Origin: a virus
Taxonomy: Duplodnaviria > Caudoviricetes
Reading direction: 5' to 3' (one strand)
Virus record (IMG/VR): IMGVR_UViG_3300027563_000005
Coordinates: 12,007 to 76,006 of that record
Length of the DNA stretch: 64,000 nt
Below, one piece after another: positions 9,235-20,700 of the stretch. Position 1 is the first letter of the stretch. Each line of letters begins with the position of its first letter. A model generated the notes under the pieces. That model did no database searches, was not told where the DNA came from, and worked only from the letters and a program-made list of their open reading frames with translations. The position numbers were made by a program, and so were the translations under genes.

Positions 9235-10191
9235 TTAAAATGAAAGTCCTAATCTATACTCAATATCCATTTGCTTTCCTAGAGACTTAGTAATTAAATT
9301 GCTTGGCGAAAGTACTGACCTGCTTATCATTCCATAGTCTACTCTAAATGTATCTTCGTCATTTATTCTAAGACCATCTAGTAAAACAGTTGTTGCGCCA
9401 GAACTTTTTGCTTTAGCTCCGACTGATATTTTTACAATAGAATTTTTATCTGGTGTGCCAGATGTAAATCCGCTGCTATATAGGCTGCTTAGATTCAACG
9501 ATTTTACCTTATAGCCTACAGTAGCTTCTGACGGATACCTTATTTCATAGTAATTATTATTTGAGTCATATGCTCTAAGGAACACGTAGTCTAGATTTAG
9601 ATCGCTTTGATAGTAGGCCATCGTCATACTGTCATTTGCGCTATATCCAGAAATGTCTAGATTAAAATCATAGAAATAATTTTTTGATTGTGAAGACGCA
9701 GCTACTACTGACATGTAGTATGGTCCTATTTTAGGAGACGAGACAGTAACTAGGGCTGGGTAGTTGCCTTCGCTATCTAGCCAAGACTGATTGTCTTCAA
9801 AAGAAGATATAGATCTACTTCCAAAATCAGTTGTACCAAGAGTTATGCTTGGGAACAGGCCAATCTCATTTATTATTCCAGAGACATCTACTGGTATCGT
9901 TGTTTTATATACAACGCCATATGTAGTCAATCCAGTTGAGGTACTTGTTTGTATATCTACGCTTGTAATATTTACTTCCGACCTATAAAATTCAAAATTT
10001 AATTGAGTGTCATTTACCGTGGCTGGGGTTGAACCTATTCCCAAAGCAATATCTTTTGATGAGGTGTTGGACTGACCAGCTAAGAACTGGGTTATATATC
10101 TTTTACCAAACTTGGTTAAAATATTTTTAGATCTTGCAATCTCTTTGCCATCTTCATAAAAAATGTATTCTCCGTAAATTTTATTTTCCAT
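9235..10191 (-). CDS. Baseplate/tail protein
   Basis: NILTKFG..IALGIG..L.FE..INEIGLF pattern of tail-fibre-attachment proteins; position in tail module. Confidence 0.6.
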   Translation of the reverse strand: MENKIYGEYIFYEDGKEIARSKNILTKFGKRYITQFLAGQSNTSSKDIALGIGSTPATVNDTQLNFEFYRSEVNITSVDIQTSTSTGLTTYGVVYKTTIPVDVSGIINEIGLFPSITLGTTDFGSRSISSFEDNQSWLDSEGNYPALVTVSSPKIGPYYMSVVAASSQSKNYFYDFNLDISGYSANDSMTMAYYQSDLNLDYVFLRAYDSNNNYYEIRYPSEATVGYKVKSLNLSSLYSSGFTSGTPDKNSIVKISVGAKAKSSGATTVLLDGLRINDEDTFRVDYGMISRSVLSPSNLITKSLGKQMDIEYRLGLSF

Positions 10192-10522
10192 ATCCTCTTA
10201 CCCCCACAACTTCATCTCCTACGTGATTTTTAATATTAAAAATAAATTCAACGTATTGATTTTTATCTTTATCTGTAATAAGTTTCTTGCTTACTAAAGT
10301 AATGTCTTCAAGATTTGGAGGTCCAAATTCTCCTGGTGGCGGAGGAAGCGGCTCTTCCCCACCGTCATCCCCAGATACAACTCCACTTTGCTGAAAAGAA
10401 TATGGAGATACTATTACATAGTAGTCTGGCTTTAAAATTTTAATTAACGGGTCGCCTGGAAAAAGAAAAAGCTTTTGGGGCTTTGCATTTGAGGACGAAG
10501 GCTGTCTTGGGTTATAGGTCAT
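10181..10522 (-). CDS. Hypothetical tail-module protein (leaderless)
   Basis: ORF with TGGTAGAAT exactly 6 nt before the ATG. Confidence 0.6.
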   Translation of the reverse strand: MTYNPRQPSSSNAKPQKLFLFPGDPLIKILKPDYYVIVSPYSFQQSGVVSGDDGGEEPLPPPPGEFGPPNLEDITLVSKKLITDKDKNQYVEFIFNIKNHVGDEVVGVRGYGK

Positions 10523-10539
10523 ATTTACATTCTACCATT

Positions 10540-13500
10540 TCATCCAGTATAAATCGATCTGCAGACTATACTTGTAGTTGGCGGGGAAGCGGAATCATAA
10601 GTGTTGTCTAATGACAATATAACAAATTTACTAGCAGAATATCCTGTAGGAATCCCAACGTCCTCTGTTGAATATATCTTATTCTCTGGGTAAGATACCT
10701 GAATTACATCTCCAACCTGCAAGAGTGGGTTAATAAAAGTTTGAAGAGTCAAAACCTTTTGTTGTTTTGACCACTGGTTTGTCATCCATTTTGCAAGAGA
10801 CTTTGCTTCATCTTCTCTTTGGATCCAGGTAGAATCAAATGCAACCTGCTCTTTTTTGTCTTCGTCTGTAAGGTCAGGGTCAATATATTCAAATTGATCA
10901 GAAGGAGTTATAAAGTCTCCAACTACAATAAATTGTTTTTCTTCTCCGTTGGCAAGCGATGTAAAGGCACCAGTATTATTTAATACAAAAGTGTCCATGG
11001 TAAATGGATCCAAGGCTGTTCCAACAATTGTTACATCGTCATTGTTTACTAGCTGTGCATATCTTGGAAAGCCTGGCGTTGTATATCTAGCCTTGATTCT
11101 TCTTAGCTCTCTAGCCACTGGCCCAAATTCTTTTAGCCACGACACGGTTGATACCGTCTCGCCTTTATTAAATATAAAGTCTCCAAAAGTTTTTATTACA
11201 GAGGATGTACCTCCTACAAAACCTTTATATAAATCATATTCGTCTTTTGCAAGAAATTCTTCTTTTGCAATTGATGTTGTATATACATAGTCAAATGCTG
11301 ATATTCCCTGGAGGGATAGCAAACCAATTTTTTCTACTATTGTTAATGGGTTTGTATCAAGCACAGCAATAACTGCATTGTTAATTGATATCTTAAGAGC
11401 CAAAGCTTTTTTTGTTTCACCTGCTGGCTTTGACCAGTTCCCCTTTATGTCAATTCTATAAAGTTCTCCTCCATTAATGTTTGTTATAATTGTTCCATCT
11501 GATTCTTTTTGTGATGTTGTCATTTTAACAATCTTGCCTGCTACTATTTTATAAAAATTAACATCTCTGTAATTTTTATCTACAGTGGCATTTTGAGAAG
11601 TTCCTATTGTAAGTAGGTATCCACTGGTGTTGTCGGCACTTAAAGAGAATGCAATCCCAGATATTGTTTTTTGGTTTCCTGTTGCTTTTTGAGACACATC
11701 GTCTACTAATAATGGGAAATACATATTTGTTCCTATTGCAAAGCTGTTGTTACTGTCTGCAGTTACTTCTCCTAAAAATTTAGGACTATCGTGTGTGACT
11801 ATTGAGTATATTTCATTTGGGGTAATAATCTTTGGTTTTGATGGAACGTCGTTATCTTTTTCTGTGTGCAGTGGTGCATAGATTGTCATCATTGATCTTG
11901 GTATAGAGTTTAAAAGGTTATCTTTATTTTTTATAAGATTTCCTTTCTCGTCTTTTTCTACTTTTACCTGGTCTAATGTAAATAGAGAAGGCTTTTCTGC
12001 ACCGAACGTTCCTGCTTTATGAGTCCATTCTCTTGCTTTCCACTCAGCAGTAAGGCTATCTAGTTTTACTTTGTGAGTTAAAGACTCTGTATCTGTAGGC
12101 TTTACTACCTCAAAAACATTTCTAGATTTTATTCTATACACACCAGTTGGTTTAAATGAGTTTGGCATCGCTAACCCTTGATATTTTTGAATATCGGCTT
12201 CAGATGTTACCCATTTCCACTCTAGGATTCCTGGAGATGTTTCAGATTTAGTTCCAATTTTAATAAATTCATACAGTATTGCATCGTATTCAATAATTTC
12301 TTTTTCTACAACTAGATACCCAGTAAATGAATAAAATTGTTTTTCGTATCCCGATATAACAACTGGCTCTAACTTAATTACTCCTTTAGGGCTGCTTAGG
12401 TCTGGCCTTTCAGGCTTCCAGTTTTCTGGCGCAACTGGTTCCAGATCATGTGTTAAAGCCGCAGCTCCTAGTGTTACTACTGGAGATGTGTATAGGTTGT
12501 CTGCATTTACTAAATAAGATGAGCTTAGCTGCGGGCTATATAAAACTTTAATTGCTTTCACTGAAGGAACGTTGTCAATAGACAAAGAAGATATGTTTGC
12601 TAGGTTTGTAACGGTCCCATTAATTTTTGAAGAGTACCTAAAAGAAGCATTAATGGGATTATCTTTTGCAAATATTTTATCTCTAGGATAAAACTGCAGT
12701 ACGTCATTGTGGTCAAATATTGCTATCATTTGTGTGTCTTTGCATAAGTCCTGTATGTGTTGCCAGACTGTTTTTTCTTTATCCGTATACCAATGGAAGG
12801 GTGTTATCGTTGAATCATCTTCATCGGCTAAATTAAAAATATAGTTTGTAAATCCAACTGAATCTAAAAGCCTTCTAATTATTGCAACCGAAGACATGTC
12901 TGTTGTAACTATGTCTGGCGGCTTGATGTACTGCAACTCTTTGGCCCCATCTAATGACATTATGTCAACTAGGCCAAACTCATCAGCACTGTAGGAGTCT
13001 ATATAAAATGTTCCAAGCTTAACAATTTCCATATCTACTCTTACATACGGCCTAGCAATAACGTTTTTGTATAAATTAATTTTGTTTTTATTAAATGAAT
13101 TTACCTTGTCATAATTTTCATAAGCTTTATCGTATGCGTTTATTGAAATTCTCATTGAGTTTGCTGTTACGTCTCCGACTGGAACTAGGCCGTCAACCTT
13201 GTCAGATGAGTTTGCCGATATATTAAATGACTCTACTCTATCGCTTACATCAATAACATATCTTGCCGATAGCTCTACCATACCAAGAAATCCTAATTTA
13301 GGAGCAGTGCTTGTATCTGGCTTGGTTGATATAGGTACGCTAATTTTCTTTACTTGTAATTTTAATTTATGTATATCAATAGATTTTTCGGTATCTAGAT
13401 CTGCTTCAACGGTTGTCCATAGAGGAAGACCTTTGTAGTATAAGTTTATTACTCCATTAACTATTCCAGCAGAAGTTCCATTATATATTACTGTCTCTGC

Positions 13501-14076
13501 TCCAAGTTTATCTGTTGTAGTTAAAGTCCATTCTGTTGGGGTTGAATGTGATGTTTCAAATTTAACAACTATCTTATTGGTTGCCGCTGTTTTTAAAATA
13601 GGGTACTCAACGGTTAATGTGCAATTAGTTAAAGTAGTATCTCCAGTGGCACTGAGAACAACGGAGGGGGATACCCAATATTTATATGGCAGCTGCAAGC
13701 TTGAAAAGTATAGTCTTTTATCAAAAGAACTTGATGATGCATAAGATTGTTTAGACCCTATTCCGCTTTCTAGGTTTGCCCTTACGCTTCTATCTCCATC
13801 AATCATATACTGAATGCCCGCCAACTTTGGTCTTCTTGGATCAATTATACTTGTTATTGGAAATAGCTTTTCAAATGGCTTGTATGTATTGCCATACGAA
13901 TCTGTTTTTGTTACTTGTAGGTCTCCCGCAGGATTTGCGGCTGTTCCGTTTGGTCCACGCATGGTGACTCCATCAATTAAATCATTCATGTTGTATTCTA
14001 ATGTGCACCCATTAGTCATCTTAAATGACTTTGATGTATTAATGTAGCTAAGCAGCCCTGGAGATCCTGTAATCAT
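10540..14076 (-). CDS. Large minor tail protein (tail tip/baseplate hub)
   Basis: Second gene after the TMP; C-terminal NPLLQVGDVI hub motif; start set by TAATG overlap at 14076. Confidence 0.7.
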   Translation of the reverse strand: MITGSPGLLSYINTSKSFKMTNGCTLEYNMNDLIDGVTMRGPNGTAANPAGDLQVTKTDSYGNTYKPFEKLFPITSIIDPRRPKLAGIQYMIDGDRSVRANLESGIGSKQSYASSSSFDKRLYFSSLQLPYKYWVSPSVVLSATGDTTLTNCTLTVEYPILKTAATNKIVVKFETSHSTPTEWTLTTTDKLGAETVIYNGTSAGIVNGVINLYYKGLPLWTTVEADLDTEKSIDIHKLKLQVKKISVPISTKPDTSTAPKLGFLGMVELSARYVIDVSDRVESFNISANSSDKVDGLVPVGDVTANSMRISINAYDKAYENYDKVNSFNKNKINLYKNVIARPYVRVDMEIVKLGTFYIDSYSADEFGLVDIMSLDGAKELQYIKPPDIVTTDMSSVAIIRRLLDSVGFTNYIFNLADEDDSTITPFHWYTDKEKTVWQHIQDLCKDTQMIAIFDHNDVLQFYPRDKIFAKDNPINASFRYSSKINGTVTNLANISSLSIDNVPSVKAIKVLYSPQLSSSYLVNADNLYTSPVVTLGAAALTHDLEPVAPENWKPERPDLSSPKGVIKLEPVVISGYEKQFYSFTGYLVVEKEIIEYDAILYEFIKIGTKSETSPGILEWKWVTSEADIQKYQGLAMPNSFKPTGVYRIKSRNVFEVVKPTDTESLTHKVKLDSLTAEWKAREWTHKAGTFGAEKPSLFTLDQVKVEKDEKGNLIKNKDNLLNSIPRSMMTIYAPLHTEKDNDVPSKPKIITPNEIYSIVTHDSPKFLGEVTADSNNSFAIGTNMYFPLLVDDVSQKATGNQKTISGIAFSLSADNTSGYLLTIGTSQNATVDKNYRDVNFYKIVAGKIVKMTTSQKESDGTIITNINGGELYRIDIKGNWSKPAGETKKALALKISINNAVIAVLDTNPLTIVEKIGLLSLQGISAFDYVYTTSIAKEEFLAKDEYDLYKGFVGGTSSVIKTFGDFIFNKGETVSTVSWLKEFGPVARELRRIKARYTTPGFPRYAQLVNNDDVTIVGTALDPFTMDTFVLNNTGAFTSLANGEEKQFIVVGDFITPSDQFEYIDPDLTDEDKKEQVAFDSTWIQREDEAKSLAKWMTNQWSKQQKVLTLQTFINPLLQVGDVIQVSYPENKIYSTEDVGIPTGYSASKFVILSLDNTYDSASPPTTSIVCRSIYTG

Positions 14077-14762
14077 TAAACTTCTTCCAGTGCTATAGAT
14101 ACATCCCAAAATTCTTGCGGTTCTGGCAATACCGTGATGGCAGATGCTGTTGATGAAGTAGGTGTTCCAGCTATAGTCCCTGCAACAGTAAATGATGTTG
14201 GGGTAGCTGCGGTAACAGTAAATACTCCATTATATGCTGCAAATGTTGCTCCAGATATGCTAACTTTATTTCCAACCGCAAAACTATTTTTACCAGTATA
14301 TGTTGTTACTGCGCTGGCGTATGATATTGCAGTTATACTTGAATTTTTAAATACCCCGCCTGTTCTTAAATTTCTTTTTGTAACGGTAAAGGTGCAAGAG
14401 GTAAATGACATCATCATTGTTTTCTCTCTTGAAGCCACTCCATTTGGAGAAACCTTTACATTAAATGCACCTTGTCCAGCAGTTGATTCATAAAACTCTT
14501 TAATGTTCATAGCTCCCCAAGCCCCATCTACTGTCATAGAGGCATAGGTTGGTAAGCCTGTCCAGCTGACCGAGAGCATGTCTTTGTCAGCAATAAATAT
14601 TTTTCTTAATGTTCCATTTGACATTCTCTGGGTTTTTTCAATTCTCTGTATATCTAATGTGGCGCTTGCTCTATTGTGTTCACTTAATGGCTGCCAGACT
14701 GCAGGGGTAACTGATGAGTTTTCAAATGTTATAAGGGATCCAAGCGGAAGTGTCATTGCCAT
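14076..14762 (-). CDS. Distal tail protein-like with inserted FCCH-like beta domain
   Basis: Immediately follows the TMP; RMSNGTLR motif; G.KVSISG..YNGVFTVT insert. Confidence 0.6.
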   Translation of the reverse strand: MAMTLPLGSLITFENSSVTPAVWQPLSEHNRASATLDIQRIEKTQRMSNGTLRKIFIADKDMLSVSWTGLPTYASMTVDGAWGAMNIKEFYESTAGQGAFNVKVSPNGVASREKTMMMSFTSCTFTVTKRNLRTGGVFKNSSITAISYASAVTTYTGKNSFAVGNKVSISGATFAAYNGVFTVTAATPTSFTVAGTIAGTPTSSTASAITVLPEPQEFWDVSIALEEV

Positions 14763-17700
14763 TATTTAGCTCCTACAGTAAATGATGGGCCAGCCATTTT
14801 AGCGTTACGTGAATCAAGGCTCTTAATTGCTGTAATTGTTTTCTGAGTTACCATGCTAGACAATTGCTCCAAGTTTCCATCATATCCATTAATATTATTT
14901 GTAATATTATATACGCCTCCACCCATTGTAGCATTATTAGCGTTTGGATTAAATGGGTTCATGTTAGCAGGAACTACTGCTTCATTCTTATGAAGCATGG
15001 CAAGCATATCAGCTGGTACGTTATTTATTCCAGTTTTTAATTGAGGTATGCCATATGTAGATCCTATGCCATTACCACTATATTCAAGAATTTTCTTAAA
15101 ACCAGCAACTAATTTTTCTGGGTCCAGCATCGCTAGAACATTGTGAAGTTCTGCCCCTGGATTTACCTGCATTCCTCCAGTGTGAAGTATTGAATCAAGC
15201 TTTGATCTAATTAAAGCCTCTGCAGTTTCAGTTCCCTGGCTAAAAGCTTGTGCTCTTGCATCGGAAGCAGTGCTACCAATCTTTCTTAATTCGGATCCAC
15301 CTTCTTGCAAAAGGAATTCAAATGCTTCTCTATGTTTTCCAGCTTTTAATAATGTCTTTATATAAGTTCTCAAGAATTTAGGATTTGATATAGATAGTGC
15401 AGGTATTCCATGTCTAATATCTAAAGGCTTGGCAGATTTTATTCTTAAGGCTAACTCAAATAAACTAGACAATGGGTTGGTTTCTAAATTTTTCTGTCTA
15501 TAAGCTTTTCCAACGCTCTGGCTGGATGTAGTGAAGAGGTCTAAGCCAAACCAGTTTTTAGCTGGGTTGATTGCTTGCCCTTTAAATAATTTGCCAGCCT
15601 CACCTACTGGTCCAGAACTTAAAACTCTATTTGCTATCTCTGACAGTGCGCCTCCATGGAAAGAGGTTGTTCCTAATGCGTCTTGAATTGAAGACATTGG
15701 TAGTCCTGGGGGGAATACTCCAATTACATCATCACTGGCATTTTTTACCATAAAGTCTGTAAATTTTTTACCAAAGAATCTGTTAACCATAAGTTTTGAT
15801 ACGATTGGGTTTGATTTTACAGCTTTGCTCTTAAGGAACTTTATAATTCGGTCTTCTATATTTTTTACTTTTGCTCCAACAGCGCTTCCATAGTGATACC
15901 TTCCTCTTCCATGAACTATTGGATTAAAATCATACATACCTCTATTTAGCTGACCTAAGATGTCATACAACGTACCATCTCTCTCGCTCAAAAAGTCGCT
16001 GGTCTTTGGATGCTGGGGGTCAGTGCCTTTTCTTACCCAACCACTTCCATAATCATTAGGTTCATATCCAGCTTCGTCTAATATTTTAATAAGCGGTGCT
16101 TCATAGTCTTTTCTTGCTTTTAATTGTTTTGGATCTAGTAGTAAGTCTGTCTGTGCTTGACCAGACTTTCTTCCGTACTGATAGCCATGTTTTAAAGTTT
16201 CGTTTTCAAGTTTATTCGGAAGGCGTAGTTCTTTTATTCTGGCTGGGATTCCTGTAACGCCACTCTTAATCTTAGAAAGCAGTCCCTTTGCCTTAGCAAG
16301 TATTCCCTTAGCGGCAAAAGGAATTTTTCCTAAATCATTTTTTAATCCAAATCCTGGGTATCCTACGTTCCAATTTGTTACAATGCCATCTTCTGTTTTA
16401 TAGCCAGAGTATCCTCTTTTGCGAAGGTAATTAGCGAAATCGTCACTTATGTATGTCGGCTGAGAGACTCCAAATTTATTGGCATAGCGTAATTTTTCCG
16501 CTGCCATTTCTGGGCCATCTGTTATTGCGCCTTTGCCAAATGCAGTTTTAAGCCAAGCGAGAGGAGAGAGGCTAAGCTTGTGTGCGTTAGTTGAAAATTG
16601 ATCACTTGCATATGTTGTGCTATCAAGGGCACCGTAGGTACCAGGTCCATAAGTATGCATTGCATCTGTTCGTCTTCCTATGTTAGGAGTTAGAGCATCT
16701 GGTGAATTATGTGCAAAGTGCGTCCAGGCTTTTGCATCCTTTACCCTTTGTACTATTTTACTTATATGAGGAGCTATTTTATTTCCAGCAAATCCAAATG
16801 GTACTGACAGTCCTGCTGTTAATGCAACATTTTGTGCGGACTTAGAGAAGCTCATATTCTTTAATTCTTTATTGGCATTAAATCCCTTAACTCCAGACTG
16901 AGTTCCGCCCTTTACTCCATACTGAGATCCGTCTTTAATTAGGCCAGCCAGTCCTTCAACTAGCCCTATTCCAACTCCTGCAAGGCCTCCTGGCCCCCCA
17001 AATGTTAATCCAGAAAGACCACCTTGCGCCGTGTTGAATGCGACTCTACCTAGTGCTCTACCCCATTTAGATAGCCCAGATGCATTTTCATTTGCACCCC
17101 ATTTTAATGAAAGTCTTTTTTCAATTTCTTCCATTGATTGCCAGATTGCAGCAGAGCCCATAATCTGTGGCATCTTTTTAAATCCAGACTTAACCCATCC
17201 TCCAAAACCAAATTTCTTTATTCCGCCTAGTGGGTGATTTTTTCCAAACCCAGTAAAGAATGGTGCGAATTGTCCTGCAGTTGGATTATTTATATTTAAT
17301 TTTGTTCCAATAAATCCATCTTGTATAGCCTTCTGTATCCCTTCGTCAGTAAACTTTGCTCCATACATACTTCCTGGATATCCATACTGACCCATTTGTG
17401 ATGGATTAAGAAACCCTTTACTTTTAAGTATGGCAAGAAAAGCTTTAACCCCTAGCTTTGGCTTATAAACATTAGGTCCATATTTTGGCTGCCCAGCCTG
17501 ATACATTGGATTTGCTGCAAAGTGTGTGAAGTTTCCTAGTGTCTGTTCCTTGCCAGCTTGGTAAGACATTGGATCTAGGAGATCATCAACTAAATTTGGG
17601 TTGGGTGAATTATGAGTTCCTCTCTTCATTAACTTTAATGCTTCACGAACTTGAGGATTCATAAGTCCTTTTATTAATTTAGGAATTGATGAAACGCCCT

Positions 17701-20700
17701 TGGCTATCGGTCCGCCTGCAAACGTTGATCCTATGCTTGTGTAGTCGTTCCATTTTCCTTCGCCTGCATATATATTAGTCGCAGACTGCTGAAGGTATTT
17801 GCCAAAAAGTTCATATAATATTGGGCCGCCAGGATTCATATGTTTCATAGCTGGTGTCATTGTATTAGAGAATGAATGCACAAGATTAGACCAACCAGAT
17901 CTCTTGCTTGGATCTGAAACTTCTCCTGGTTCTAAGAACTTAAGCCAATTGGTGCCTCCAGAATTTCCAGTATCTGAAGTGTTACCAAGATCCATTCCTT
18001 GCTCTTCACGATATTGATCTACGCTCTTATACTTACTCTTAGTCTGTGGCAGATTTCTTCCGTGACGATGAGGCCCAACTGATCCACCTGTGTGGAATCC
18101 AATAGCTTTTTTAATTTTCTTAAATAGCTTACCCCAGTTAATAGTTGACTGCATAGATCCGCCAGAAACTAATGTTCCATTAGTACCAATCAATTGGCCA
18201 TTTGTGCCAAGAATTTCTCCTCCACCTTCAAGTTTACCTTTACTTAAAAAGTATTCATGTTTTTCGGGAACATACTCTGGATAGATTGTTTTATATTTAT
18301 CAGGCAGGAATAATTCTGCTCTTCTGTTTTTGGCTCTGTTCTCAGCAGTTGTATTTGGAACAAGAGGTCTGTACTCCCCGTATCCCACTGGCGTAAATGC
18401 TGTACCAGGAACAAACTTTGACATATATTCTGCAATAGCATTTGCTCTATTTTGTGAAAGGATCTTATTGTCTTTTCCTTTACCTACAGAGTCTGTGTGT
18501 CCTTGAACAACTATTGATGCCAGCTTATGTTTAATAAGATCTTTAGCGATTGCCTGAAGTTCTAGTCTTTGTTCTTTATTTAATGTGTAAGAGTTTGTAG
18601 CAAAATTTGCTGTGATCGGCGGAACTTCAATTTTAATAACCTGCTTATTAGCATCTTGCCATGCTTCTATTGGGCCCATCAATTTTCCGCCTCGATGATT
18701 TACGTCTACAGTGGTTGATCCATTTCCAAATGAACTAGTGTGTGTAGATAAAGGAGTTGGCTTTATAGGTCCACCCCCTGCATATTTACCAGCATTTAGT
18801 GCATCAAAATGATCTACTCCATACTTAGCTACGGAGTCTGCCTTAATTACATATTCGCCATTTGATAAGTAGGCTGGAATAGAATCAGATGTTGCAGTTC
18901 CTGCTCCTCTAATGTATCCGCCATCTGCTTTGTTGTATGGGTCGGTTATTTCCGTGATCTGGCCTTTGTCACCCATCTTGTATACAAATATTTTTCCTTC
19001 GCCATCAGTTAATGAGAAAAATTGTCCAGGCAAAATTCCTCTTTCTACTGCAATGTCCTTAACTTTTTGTCTAGTTCCTAACTTGCCAAAACCACCAATA
19101 CCAGACCAATCTGCCAGAGTTGTTTTGCTTATAGTGTTTGTTCCGACACCAGCTTTTCCTAAATCATAAGGAGCATCTTTTGTTCCAGATCCTTTTCCAC
19201 CAATTTCAAACTTTTTGCCATCGACATAGATGCTAACATTTCCTTTAACATCTATAGTGCTCATTGCGCCTAATTTATTTTGAAGTCCATCTGTAAGGGC
19301 CTTTGCTAGGTCAAGATCTTTTAATCCATTAAGTTTAATTCCTGCATCTTTGGCGGCAGATGCAACAGCGGCAAGCATTGTTTCAGATTGCTTGCCTGCT
19401 TTCCACTGTGCTCTTTCTTGTTCTGGCTGCTTTAATAATTCAATCTCCCAGTTTAACATTGCAGTATTAACTGCGCTGATTGCGCTTTCTTGATTAGTAA
19501 TTGTCTTAGAAAGGTCTCCTAATTTTTCACCTGCAAGCGCTGCTTTATCTGCTATACCCTGCTGCTTGCCTTGAATTGCTTCAATTAGTTTTTGCAGCGG
19601 TAAGTTCTTTAAAATATTTGAGTCTTCAAGAGATTTCTTTTGTGAATTATATTGAAGTTCGCTTTGGTACCCTTGGATATCTAGGCTTGCTTGCTGTGCA
19701 CCAGCTATGTTTCCAGTTGCAAGCGCTGCATCATATTCTGCCTGCTTCTTTGCAATTTCTCTACCAATATCGCCTTCTTGTTTTGCAGCATCTAGAGCCT
19801 TTAATCTTGACTCGGTTAGCTTGTTGTTAGCATCTATTTGTTTTTGGATAGAGTTTATCTTATCTCTATCTGATATTTGCTGTGCAACTGATTGGCCTTT
19901 TGCTGCTTTTTCATACGCTGCTTGTAGTTTTTTATTCGCATCTAATGCTTTATATTGCTTTTCTAGCGCACCACCAGGAGCTCTATTTGCAGCCTCTATT
20001 GATTTGCCTAAAGCTATTTGCAGGTTGTACAAGTCATTTGTCTGTTGAGCATTTAGCGCTCTAAGGTCTCCTGTGTATCCCTTAACTTGAATTCTTGTTT
20101 TTTGCCATAGAGACAAAGCAGTTTCTTGCTCATTAGCAATTTGTCTAATGGCTGGGTCTATCTTTGCCATTTCATCTACAACTTCTTCAGTTAAATATAC
20201 TTGATTTTGTACTTTAGAATTAATAGCATCGATAGCAGCTTGTTCTTGATCAAGCATTATTTGTTTTTCGTCACCTGTTGAAAGATAGGTTCCATCTTTG
20301 TTAGCCTGTTTACGTGCTTCTTTTAATGCCTTTGCCTGCCTAGCTTCTACATCAGTAGATAATGCCATCATGGCTGTATTGAGTTGGTTTGCCTGCTCTG
20401 TTGCATCACGATTGGTTGCCATTGCAGTAGTTAAGCTATCTATTGCGCTAGCTGCAGCTGAGGCTGTATCTTTTATATCATTAAATCCTTTTGAACTGAT
20501 TGTATAAGCTGCTGCATTTGGAGCAAAGTCTGAAGCCGCATACATTGTGTATATCTTTTTAGCTGCATCTTCTGCAGACATTCCCATAGCAATTAGCTGC
20601 TCTTTGAGTCTTATAGCCAAAGCTTTCTGATCTTCTGCATTGTCTCCAGTTTGATTGATAAGGGCAACCTGATCAGAATAGTTTTCTTTAACTTCTTTTT

